From assembly GCA_028534125.1 (NCBI GenBank), contig CM052823.1, forward strand, positions 124,001 through 188,000: a DNA stretch of 64,000 bases, written 5' to 3'. The position numbers and the translations under genes were made by a program. Positions 23,927 to 35,700 of the stretch are shown one piece after another. The stretch is from Lama glama. Its lineage: Eukaryota. The notes below the pieces were generated by a model. The model was not told the origin of the DNA and searched no databases. It worked only from the letters and a program-made list of their open reading frames with translations. Numbering within the stretch: the stretch's first letter is position 1; every line of letters begins with the position of its first letter.

Positions 23927-26900
23927 CTAGGGCTGGACTTTGCCCTCGGGGTCCTTGTCATAGATGTAGCTGCCCACGGCCCCGGTGTTCACTCCTGCAG
24001 AGACAGGAGGCAAGGGTGGTGGGGAGGGGTGGGGAGGAGGGCCCCTGCATCCCGGACCCTCTGACCACACTCACCCTTGGGTCCGAAAAGTATTCCATAG
24101 CAGGGCTTGTGGCAATAGGGCTGGCCATCGTGCTAGGGACAGGATGGGGGAGTGAGGCGGGGTCCACAGACTCCTCACTCCCCCCTCCTTCCTACTTCCT
24201 CCGGGTCCAGGCGCAGGTTTCCCTGAATCGTCAAGCCCCAAAGCGGTGGCCAGGTCCGCTCACCTGGAGGACTAGCTGGAGGAGAGGACGGCGCCACGCC
24301 ACCCACCATCTGCGCGCCCGCCGGCCTGCAGTCTGGCCACCAGGGGGCAGCCCCCACCTCCCGGCGCGGCCCCACCCTCGGCGCCCCACGCCCACCCCTG
24401 AGGGGCGCCCCGCCCCTCCCGTCCAGCCGCCGCTGCGTGCGGCCTCTCACCTCCGCGTGCCCGCCCGGGGTCAGCGTCTTCCCACAGCGCTCGCACCGCA
24501 GGCACGGCCGGTGCCAGTCCTTGCCCAGAGACGTCACCTTCTCGGCTGGGGACAGGCAGAGACGGCGAGGGGTGAGGGGTGAGGGGTGAGGGCCGGCCCC
24601 CACCCCCCACCCCCGGTGGAGACCTCCCAGGGCCTGGGGCTGGGGGCGGCCACTCACCAAAGTACACCCTCTTGTTGCAGCGAGGACACATGTTGGGTTC
24701 CCCGGTGAACGTGGTGACGCTGGAGGCTGGGAGGGAGGAGGAGTCAGGGCGCGACCGAGCCGCTCCGACGCCCCTCCCCCAGATAGGAGCTCACCCCACC
24801 TTTGCTGGGCCCCTTAGGGGGGCCGCTGGCCTTCCGCTCTTCAGCTCGGGCCACGGGCACCTCGATGGGGCCGGTGACCTGAGGTCTCTCAGCAGAGGGC
24901 TTCTCATAGATGTAGGAGCCGGCACCTCCGATGTTCACACCTGTGGGGTGGCAGTCCTTGTAGGGTGGGTGGCCAGTGGCCTTGTAGCAGCCACTCCCAA
25001 CTTCTCAGAAAAAGGCCCCCACCCAGAGGGCGCCAGTGGGCTGCAGGAGGTTTCTGGGAAAGCCACTGAGGGTGCTGGACCTTCAAGAACGCGAGGGGCC
25101 GTCAGGGCAGGGCCAGCATGGACAATGGCTGGGGAAGGGGGTGTCCCACAGCCCCCAGCGCCCTGCCAGCCCCAAGTCTAGGCTGCGCAGAGGACCGACA
25201 CTGGCCACTCCTCCCCGGTCCAGAGCAGATCGCGGCGGGGCTAGGGGTGGGGCTGGCTGGGCCCAGGCTCACCTTTGGGTCCAAACAGCGTGGCATAGCA
25301 GGGCTTGTGGCAGAACGGCTTCCCGTCGTGCTGGGCAGAGGGGCACGGGGTCAGGGCTGGCGCCTTGGCCTGGGTGCCCGGGCTCCCCCGCCCAGCCCGG
25401 GAGTGGGGGCAGGGAGGCTCACCTCGGCGTGGCCCCCGGGGGTCAGTGTCTTGCCGCAGTGCTCGCACCTGAGGCAGAATCTGTGCCAGTCCTTGCCCAG
25501 GGAGCTCACCTTCTCAGCTGGGGCGGGAGGGGAGGTCAAAGCCGGAGGCCCCCGCCCTCCCACGCTCCGCCACCCCTTCTGTCCACCCCAGTCCTGGGCA
25601 GACCCCCTACCCTGCCCCCTTCATCCTCACCTGGGAGCAGTGGAGTCCACCCACTCTATGCCAAAACCACCGTCCATTCCTCAGGGGTCCTGCTCTCCCT
25701 TTATGTCGCAGGCACCCTCCTCACCCTGGGTTACGGGCTGGAGTGGGCAACTTGTACAGGGTCCCAGCTCAAGCACCTGTGAACCCCTCAGCATCACACC
25801 TGCCCCTCCCTCAAACACCTGCCTCGCACACACCTGCATCTCCTAGATACCTGCTTCCCTCACACACACCTATTCCTCCCTCACACACATTCCCAAACCC
25901 TCCAATCGGGCCCTAATGGAGTTGGAAGAGCCCTCCTGCTGAAGGAAGTGGCCTCGGGCCTCCAGACTCCTATGGAGAGGGCAGTTCCTGTGGCCCTGTG
26001 GGACGCTGGTGGGACAGGATGCCTGCCTGTCTATATTTGGCTTCCTCACCCTAAGCTGAGAGCCAACCCCCACCCCTACTCTGCCTCCGGCTGGCTGCTG
26101 CTTGGGCATCCAAGGTCTGAGACCAGCTGCTGAGGGTCACCAGCTGCTGAGGGCCCTCCCTGTCCCCCCTACCTGGTGCTGGGGCTGCTGGGCCACCTCC
26201 CAATGGACGGAAGCTGGGGCTTCCCCAGGGGAGCACAGCAGGAAAAGGGCGGAGAGGACAGGAAGAAAGGCCAGAGTTGGGGCTGTGCTGGAATTCCTCC
26301 CAACTGGAAAAATGCCCGGTCAGAGGCACAGGGAGGATGGGGGTCCGGTGAACTGGGCCCCTCCCACCCTGGCAGAATCTGGCCAATCCCCAAGTGGAGG
26401 CCAAGGACCAGAGGCTCTTCTGGTCCCCCTCACAGAGAGGCCTCCTAGCAGAGCAGGGAGAGAGAGCCTGACCAGGACACCCCAGCCCTGGAAGACCAGT
26501 GGGTGCTGTCAGATGGCACTGAGTCCGGGCAGCCTCCAGGACCACCCGCCACCCCCTTCCCTGGGGGCAGCACAGGCTTAGATCCCTCTGGCCACTCCGC
26601 CTAAGGAGGCTGGGACACAGGCTGGCCAGGTCTCTCTGCCGTCCATGCCAGGGCAGATGGGAGCTGGCCAAGCCCAGTGCAGGCTCGGATCCCATGCCAG
26701 CCTGGCATCCTCTCCCCGTTCTCCTGCTGCCCAGTGGCGGCCGCGGCAGCTGCAGCTCAGGGCTGCCAGAACCACACTGTACTGGCTGGCTGGCCCTGAG
26801 GGTGTGGCCACCTGGGGGCAGGAGAATGACCCTCAGACCCACTGGGCAGGTCAATGGGCCCAGTTGAGGAGGCAGAATCGATGAAGCTAATAATGGCTTG

Positions 26901-28576
26901 GAAGGGAGCTAGCCCCTACGCGGCTGCACAGCTGTTGGGGACACAAAGCCTCGACATCCTGAAGTCACTCTGGGGTGTCCTGGCCTGGGTTCCACTGTGC
27001 GCACACTTGGGGTGTTGGCTGGGGTGCACCCTGATTGGAGGTGGCAGAATGCTGCCGCCACCCCCACCCCCGGCCCCTGCCTCCACGAGTGCCTCCAGAC
27101 CAGGACAGAAGCCAGGGGAGTCTGAGCTGCCTTTGTTTTCTGCTGGGAGCCAGCGGCCGCCCAAGTGGGCAGAAGCGCTTTTCCGGGTTGTCCACCGGAC
27201 TGTCGGCCCGGCTCTGAGCTGGCCTGGCCAGGGGCACAGTTGTGGGCAGTAGGGCTGGCAGGAGGACTGTGGGAGTGTCCCCCACCCTGAGCCTTACAGG
27301 GATGAGCCCTCTCTGGGATGAGGACAGAGGGCTGGGCAGGCTCCCGCCTCAGGAGGCAGCCGGAAGCCCCTAGGCATCCAGCCAGGCCAGAAGCACTCCA
27401 GGCCAAATCCGGTCCCTCCCCTCTGGGAACAGCAAACAACACTGGCCTCCTCCTCCTCCCGCTGGTCAAAGGGGAAGCCAAGTAGCCATCTTCATCTTGG
27501 CCTGTGGCCATCCCAGACCTGACCACTGTCCCTAGGATGACAAGAGAAGGGTCCCCTGTCTGTCCCTGTCCGTCCCTGCCCTTCTGGCCATGCTGGCTTC
27601 TGCCACTAAGTCCGTAGGTCGGTCTGTGTGGGTCTTGTGAGGAGGGTGGGTGGGCAGGGATTCTGCGGCATCAGCCAGGATGAGGGAAAGTGGTGGAGTA
27701 AACCAGAAGTCAGGGTGGGAGCGCCAGGGAGTGGATGAACAAGTGCTGGGGGTGCCGCCTACCCAGGGGGCATCCTGGCAGAGACAGCCCCCATCCTACC
27801 TCCTCCTGTCTGCCGCTGTTCTAACCTTGAGGAAGAAAGGGGCCTGGCCACTTGGGCTCCAGCGTCCTCTCCTGCTTGTGGGGACTCGCTTGTCACCCCA
27901 CCCCACCCGCAGTTAAGTCCCGGGAGAACTTGTGCCAAGGAAGGGAATGCGTTGGGACACGCTGGAAGTAGAGGCCAAGGTCGCCCCCGCGTGGACTGAG
28001 TCCAGACGGAGCCCAGATCTGGTCCAGCCCTGCGTGGGCAGAGGTCGGGGTGAGGGTTGGGGGTCACGGTTGGGGGCGACGCCGGCCGGGCCACGTGTCC
28101 GCGGGGCTGGGGTCCGTGTGGAAGGGCCGAGAAGGGCAGGAGCGTTCGAGAGGGGCCCCAAGCGAGCGTGCTGCCCTGCCTAACCTCGCCCCGCTCGGCA
28201 CCGCCTGGAGGACCGCGATGCGCCCGCGACCCCAGAGAGAGATTCCCCAAATCCGGGCTCATCCCGGGGGGAACAACGCGCCCCTGCCCGACTGGCCTCC
28301 AGGCCCCACCCCGCCCATATTGGCCGCTTCGGGGTTCGGGAGTAGCCGCCCCAACCTCGTCGCCGCTCCACCCTCCCACCGCACCCGCGTGGGCAGCACG
28401 GCAAGCTGGGTCGGGACCGCGCATCATGGGGCGGCGGCCGGGCGCTCTCGGAGTAGTGCGACGGGCGCGCGGATCTGCAGCAGGGAGCTGACCGCGAAGG
28501 GCGGCGGGGCGCTGGCCGGGCCTGGGCACTCACCGAAGTACACGGTCTTGTCACACTTGGGGCACTTGGAGGCCAT
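23927..28576 (-). CDS. CRIP2: Cysteine-rich protein 2 (two LIM domains), 208 aa
   Basis: Exons 28576-28534, 25517-25423, 25330-25273, 24940-24800, 24726-24658, 24545-24451, 24132-24075 and 23994-23927 (627 nt, all GT-AG) give [35 protein letters not shown]...[15 protein letters not shown]...[31 protein letters not shown]...[22 protein letters not shown]. Confidence 0.98.
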
Positions 28577-29230
28577 GGTCCGTGCGCCCGCTGGGCCCGT
28601 ATCCTCCACCCGCTCCTGTCTCCGCGCCGCGCCGCCGCCGCCGCCGCCGCCGCGCCAGCCCCGCCCGTCCCGCCCGCCGGGCTGCCCATGCGCCAATTGG
28701 CTCCGCGGCCGGGGCGGGGCGTCGGGAGCCCGCCCTCGGGGTCCGGCCGCCCTGGACGCCCCGGGGGCGGGGGCGCACCTGCCGGGGCGGACAGGGGGCA
28801 CCCGGACCGGCCTGGCGCCCCTCGGCCGCGCGCTCAAGGTGGCCTCGGTCGGGGCCCGCCAGCTCTTCGCCTATTTCCATGGCAACGTCGGGGCAGCCGG
28901 CGAGGCTGCAGCGTGGGGCGGAGTCCGCGGCCCCCTTGACCCGGGAGGTCCTGGCCAGCGGGGCCTCGGCCCGGAAGGGCGGCGTCCGGACACGCAGACT
29001 GACGCCCCGACGGCGGACCGGCCCGCCTCGCACGGTCCTGGCGCCCAGGTCCCCGGAGGACCCTACCCCACCCTGCCGCGCGCCACCGCCGCTCTTCCCT
29101 TTGTTGCTTGGTTTCTATAGCAACGGCCGCGCGACCGGATCTGAGCGGGATTCCCGGCGGGCGCGCCACCGGGTCCGGGTCCAGGCCCAGTGCCGGCCCC
29201 GCCGCGCGCCCCGGCCCCGCCTAACACTGT
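28577..29230 (-). promoter_or_regulatory. CRIP2 CpG-island promoter with a GCC repeat, a palindromic CCAATTGG, GC boxes and two RFX X-boxes
   Basis: (GCC)n at about 28629-28652; GCCAATTGGC at 28692-28701; GGGGCGGGGC at 28711-28720; ATTTCCATGGCAAC at 28873-28886; GTTTCTATAGCAAC at 29111-29124. Confidence 0.8.
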
Positions 29231-32200
29231 CAGTGGTGCTGAAGTCTCAGCGGGTGGAGGGCAGGGCGCCTGCCACTTCCAAAAACATCGCGAGAGAAAC
29301 TACTGGAAGGGTGTGGAGGAGGGGTGACTGGCAGCGAGGAGACCCGCAGGGCTGTGCTGCAGGCTCTGAAGGTGCCCTCCCCAAGCTCCTTCAGCCGAGG
29401 GCCGTAGGGCTGGGAGGAGAGGAGCTCCAGGATGGGGAGCTCCCGGAGTGTCCTCCCTGCAGGTGCTGTGGCCAAGTCCACCAACACTGCCTCGGCATTC
29501 CCACTCCACACCCCCAGGACGCCTGCCTTGGGCACCCCTCCTCTAGGCCTACTAGCTTAGGGCCTGGGGCATCTGACTTCCAGCCTCCCGGTCCCAGGGT
29601 GGGCTGGGGAGCTAGGGACCTCCCCCGGGGGGGCCCCAGTCCGCCTGCTGGCAGGGCCAGCCTGACCACTCCCACCCCTGCCTCCACCCAGAAGCCATGT
29701 AGACCCTGGCCCTAACCCCCAGAGGGCGTGGGGCACTTGGAGGGCCCTGGGGCCACCTCCTCGTAGGCTCTTTTCCAGGCCTCCCTCCCCAGCTGAGCCT
29801 CCACTCTGGCGGTTGGATAGACCCCCCAAGCTCAGATGACCCAGCCTGGGCAGCCAGCTGCAGTCCCCTCACCCCCTGCCCTGTGTCCTTGAGGCTTCGT
29901 GCCAACACTGAGGCCTGCCCCCCACTGCTTACTGCCCCCAGCGCCTGCTCCTGGCCCCGGGAGACACGGTGCTCACAGGATGGATGAGTGTGCTGGCCCT
30001 GGCCGCCTCCTTGCACTCACATTCTTCAGCCACTGCCATTTCCGTGAGTGAAGACAATAGCCCAGAAACAGGTGCTCCTCCCACCCCCAAGCCCGCCTGA
30101 CCAGCTGGACTGGCCCCCTCTCCCTCTGCGCTCCAGCTCTGGCACTGCGCCAGCCAGGGGGAAGACAGGTGGGGAGGCCTTAGCAGGCCTCTTCTTGAAC
30201 GAGGTGGCTGGCATGGGGCTCCCCGCAGGTCAGTTATTCACTGCCTGCTCCTTGCTCAGGCTGGGCATCCGGTGTCTCTGACTAATTCATAGGCCCACTG
30301 CCCCCACCTGGCACCCAGTGCCATGTCCTCTGCAGCTTGGGGGCTCCTGCGGAACCCCGGGCATCAGCCTCCCTGACTCCACCCGCCCCCTAAAATTTGC
30401 AGTAGTGCTGTGGAGGGTGGGCTGGTTGGGCACAGGTGTCTTCTGGAAGGAGGCTACCTGTGGGAGGGGGCCCTGAGGCCCCAGGCCTGCTGGGAGAGTG
30501 AAGGGGGCTGGAGCAAAGGAGTGGCATTCAGCCCTGGCCTAGTGCCCTGGAGACAGGACCGGAGAGTGGGGCTGCAAAGGCACCCCACCTCCCAGCTGCA
30601 GGCCCTGGGCTGATGGGAAAGGGCACAAATCCCCGGACGCCATCTCCCTGGGCACTGAGGGCTGCAGCCTGGGTCAGGCACAGGCCGTGGGCTCCCAGTG
30701 AGTAGGCCATGGGGCTGGATGAGGACAGCAGGGTTCAGGGGAAGCAGGCAGGGCCCTGAGGTGGCCAGGCCAGGTGGCCAGCTGTGGAGGCAGGTCTCTT
30801 CTCTGGGGCCAGTGGCCTGGCGCCCTGTGAATCACCTGGCGTCCCAGTAGCGTTGGAAATGACCACGCAGGGCCCTCAGAGCAGTGCTCAGTGGGGGACG
30901 GTGGGGGGCCCCAGGAAAGGCAGGCCTCCAGGCTGAGCTCATCATGCGGACTCTTGCCTGCATGAGCCGTGAGCCGCCAGGCCCTGGGATCTGGGGGATG
31001 ATGCGGCAACCTGCTGGGCCTACCAGAACAGGGCAGAGCCAGCAATCGCACTCCTAGGTGCCCAGGACCTTGCTGCCCCAACCAGTGCCCACTCCCCATC
31101 CCATTCCTAGGCCTGGCTCAGACCCACCAGGCACCCCAGAGGGGGACACGCAGCCCAGGCCCTACCAAGCCTGGCAGTGGTATGATGTGGGTGGAGGACC
31201 CTGACTTTTCTCAGGGTCTGCCTGTACTTGGGACAGAGGTCTCAGCCAGGAAGTGGGCCTGGGGGAGGGGGGAAGAATCTGGGGCTAAAGACAACCCTCT
31301 CCTCCCCACTCCATCCCCAGACCCCAGGATTGGAAAAGGCCCCAGAGGAAGCTAGTCTTTCTCAAGGTCACCAGCCTGGTCTCCCAGCCCCCGCGGACAC
31401 TGCAACAAAGGCCTGGGGCAGTGGGGGCGGGGGTGGCACCAGGACTGCAGATTAGAATTAGTGGGGGTGGGGGTGGGGGCCCACGGCTCTGGGAGGGAGA
31501 CCAGGACTCCCCTTATCTGTCTCCAGTCAGGGGCCAGAATAGCTTCTATTTTAATTCTCCAGCTGAGATATCTACATGGCACAGTGGGGTTGGGGGAGCA
31601 TGAGGCAGCCCTCAGGCAGGCGGAAGCCCCCTCAGGGAGGGCCAAGCTGACTCCTCTCCAGGCCAGTGGAGGCGGCACAGCCTAAGACCTGTCCCTCCCG
31701 GCCCTGCCCTCCAGTGGCTGACCAGGCCACACCTGTCCCGTGGGCCTGCCAGGGTGTGTGCGGGGGCCGCCCAAGATAGGATTTCTGAAAATGAACTCAA
31801 GTCTGAGCAGACTCTCCCTGCAGAAACTCCACACCTGCTAGCGGTGGCCCTGCACTCCTGGCAGGGCTCCTTGGACAGCTGGGCAGGGCTCTGCCAGGAG
31901 CAGGAAGGTGGGCCGGGCTGACCCGGCTCTGCTGGCCACCCCGACAGGAGCCAGGCACCTGCCACTCTGGTCCCAGGCCAGGTCCAGGCCACCCCTGCCT
32001 TGGACAGACACAGGGTCTCATACATGGAGTCTCCCCAGTGTGAGACCCTGAGCCCTGCTCCCAGGGGAGGGTGCTGGGTGCCGGGCCAGGGCCCACAGAG
32101 CAGCTGAGCCCCTAGGCTGCCAGGAGGCCCGCACGGTGTGGGCCACACGCCATCACTGCCCAGCAGGCCTGGGAGAGTCTAGGCTAGAAGCGCCCTCCAG

Positions 32201-32304
32201 ACCCACCTTGGCAAGGGAGTCCAAGATGGAGAGCGACTGGGGACAAAGACATGGGAAAGGCTGGTTGGTTTTGTGTTTTTATGAGTTTTTTTTCCTTTGT
32301 TTTT

Positions 32305-32310
32305 TTTAAT
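32305..32310 (-). terminator. Probable MTA1 polyadenylation signal ATTAAA
   Basis: tttaat on +, at the end of an AU-rich 3' UTR about 430 nt past the stop codon. Confidence 0.6.
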
Positions 32311-32735
32311 ATGAAAATTACTTGAAAAGACAAGGGACCAACCCCACCAGGCAGCTCGGCCGGCCAATGGCCATGCCGATCCTAACATTCCAGGTGTAAG
32401 TTACAGAGCTTAAGTTCATCTACAAAAAAAGTAATAAAAATAAAATTTAAAATGGCACCTTCAACAGAACACAACAAGACTTGCGGCCGGCCCACGAGGC
32501 CCGCGGTGCAGAGCAGGCGCCCGGGGCGGCTCCTCAGCTCAGCTCCGCTCCGGCCAAAAAGTAAACTCAAAGCTAAAAACGACTCCTCGGCGGCTTGGAG
32601 CGGGTCTCCGCGCTTCTCCCCGAGCAGCCGAGGAGCAGTTTCTCTGCGGGTGAGGGCGGGTGGGCGGGGGCACTACCAAAACCGGGCGGCGGGCGGGTGG
32701 GCGGGCAGGCGGTGGGAGGCAGGCGGCCGGGCACC

Positions 32736-35700
32736 CTAGTCCTCGATGACAATAGGCTCGTCGTTGACGGGTGCGGGCGGTGGCCGCAGCGGCAGGGCCT
32801 GGCTCTGGCGCAGGGCGATGGGCTTGTAGGGCCGGCGGGCCGCGCGCTTGGTCTCGGAGGACGAGAGCAGCTTGCGGATCTTCCTGCAGGCGAGTGAGCA
32901 GACCCTGAGTGAGGGGGATGCGGCAGCCCCTGGCCCCTGCCCCCTGCCCGCCCGCCCGCCGGCCCGGGAGGCCCCACCTGGTTTCCTCGGTGGCCATGTA
33001 GAACACGTCATCAGGGGCGTCGATCCAGTTCATCCGCCGCCGCTTGACGGGGGGCAGGGATCCCCCCCGGATCAGGCGCACCTTGGTGGGGTACGCCTTC
33101 CCGTTGAGCAGGAGGTTCCGGCTTGGTCCCTGTAGCCACAGAGGTGTAAGGGCCCAGCCTGGGGCCTCCCCACCGCCTGCCCCTCCTCTGGTCCCCCCAG
33201 GCCTCCCAGATGCTCCCGCCCAAGCCTCCCTCCCAAACGCGTGTGCGCAGCATATGGAGCGCAGGGGTCTCTCCCTCTTACCATGTGCCTGGTCTGTCCG
33301 TGGTTCGCCAGACCTGACGAGGGAAGGACAGAGACTGAGGCCCTTCGTCCACAACCACGTGCTCCCAGAGGACCCACCACTGAGAAGCAGGAGCCCTGGG
33401 CCATGCCCCCAACAAGGCTGCAGCCTACATCAGGCACGCCTCAGCTCCCCTGGTCCTCGCCTCACCCAGGGGGAGAGGCACCAGCCTGGGCTCTGAGTGG
33501 GGGACCGAGGACATGAGTCTCGACCTGAGCTCCCTCCCTGGCCTGAGGGGGTGGGGATGAGTGGAACCTGGTTTACACAGCACATGTAAATACACCCGGG
33601 CCAGAACCTCTCTGCAGGGCAGCCACCCCTTGGGCAGCACTGCCCAGACCCCAAGAGGCTGAGCCCAGAGGGCTCCAAGCCGCCCTCACTGACCCTGGAA
33701 CCAGCTGACAGGAGCCCCTAGAAGTGACCAGGCTTCGGCCAGGACACTGGCGTTTCCATCCTGTGGGCGGGGGCTGCTGGAGCCATAAGCCTGGTGACTC
33801 AGGAAACACCTTGTCTGGTCATGGTTCATACACCAGATGGGTGCCCAAGACCTGTGACTCCCAAGTGCACGTGGAGTGAGTCCAAGGTGCGAGGTCATGT
33901 AAGCGTATCAGTGTGTAAGCGTGTGTGGTCATGTGAGCTACTCTCCACCACATGTGCCCAGCCAGAGGTCCCCCAGGACCAGCTCTTCCCAAAGGGCTTC
34001 TTGGCCGAGGTTTGTCTCCTGAAGCGTAGAAACGAGCTGCCCAGCCCTCCGCCCTGGAAACCACCTCCTAACTCAGGGTCTCCCCAGCCCCCGGCAGACG
34101 GAGGGGCCACGGCTCCCAGCCCACAGCCCAGGCCCTGCACTACTTACCCAGGTAGGTGCCTATCAGAGGGGTGGGCAGCGGGGGAAAGAAAGCACAGGTT
34201 AGCATCAGGAGTGAATGCGTGCACCGGCGGGCCAGGAGGCAGGTGTGGGGTGCATAGCATGGGCGCGTGGGGGGTGGGCTAGTGAGTTAAGGCTCCAGCA
34301 GTGCCAGGGGCCGGGCCCTCGCCCAGTTAGCTTCCATCTGCCCCCCGGCCACCCCGCAGGACCCCAAGTGGGCCCCTGATACCCCCAGGACCCGCCCGCA
34401 CATCAACTTTGTAAAACCCAACAGAACTAAATGGACTTTATCCCTCCTGCTAATTAGCGTTTTTTCACACAGAGTCCCAAACCCAAAGCTATCTGCTGAC
34501 AAGCACCCGTCTGCTCTCCTGTGATCAGACCACTGCGGGGGTGCCTGTCGTGGTGGGCAGCCCACTGGCAGGCGGCCGTGGGGCTGATCAAGGAGGGTGT
34601 GGCTGGGCTGAGATGCAGCTGGCTCCCTGCCCTTGGACCCCGACCGAGGGGCTGGTGGATGAGGCGGAGGGACAGGGGGCCTGGGGCCGCCGAGAGAGCC
34701 TGTGTCCAGACGGAGTGAGACGGCAGGATCTGGCACCAGCGCTACTGGCTGACCCCATAGGACGTGCCTACCGGGGCTCCCAGACACGGCCTAGAGGGAA
34801 TGCCCAGGTGAACAGGGCTGGGCTGGACGGCCACTGCCCTCTGCCACCTCCCAGGACCCCGTGTCTGGCCCACCTCCCTCAGATCCCAGGAGAGGATCAA
34901 ACACGGTCTTCCCCTTGGCCAGCCCTCCCACGGCCCACAGCCCTCAAGCCCTGAGCCTGTGGAGGGCTCTGGGCATGTGCACGCTGGGGGCGCACAGCAC
35001 TGGGGTGCCACTCTGGAACTGGCCTCCCTATCCTGAAGGGCTGGCTGGAGGAGCTCCAAGTGCATTTCCCGTGTCCCCACCCCCCAGCCTGGCTCCCTGT
35101 CTGCCTTCCCGGCGCGGTCTTGCCGTGGACTGACTTTCGGGGCACCGGGGCCCACAGGGCTGACGTGTCCCTCCCTGCCACGTGGTCCCTCCCCTGAGGA
35201 CCCCACGCTAGAGCTGCCCAGGGCCCATGAACACACCTCCCCTAGCTAAGGGGGCAAAACCCAAGCTCTGGGTGACTGAGGGGACAGCGCCAGTGGAACC
35301 CTGATGATCAGAATCCTCCTCCTGAGGTGCCCACCCAGTGCCCGATGGGGTAAGATTCCCATTGCGGCCCCCCATCCCGCACTACCTTCATGGCCTCAGT
35401 GACTTGGGAGAGGGCACTGCTACCTCACCTCCAGGACCCCCACTGCACCACGCCAGCCACACCACGGCTGTCCTATCTGCCTATGAGGGGCCCGGGGTCC
35501 CGCAGCCCCCCACCGGGCAAGGGCGCAGGCGGGGGTTGCAGGCACAGCAAAGGCGGGCACGTGAGCTGAGGCTGGCAGCATGCGGGCGGTCACAGCACGG
35601 CGCAGACGGTACGGGCGGGCGGCGGGGGCGCCAGGGCCACCCGAGCAAGGACAGTCCACTGACCGGGCGCTGGGCCAGGAAGGGGGGTAGCCCAAGAGCC

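Noticed and set aside
26032-28323. CArG/MEF2-like motifs in CRIP2 intron 1 (CTATATTTGG, CCCATATTGG)
   Set aside because: Both deviate from the consensus and cannot be supported without conservation data.
28050-29715. Long + strand ORFs of 356 and 377 aa over the CRIP2 promoter
   Set aside because: Low-complexity R/P/G/A translations of a CpG island, antisense to CRIP2, with no recognisable domain. Stop codons are simply scarce in GC-rich DNA.
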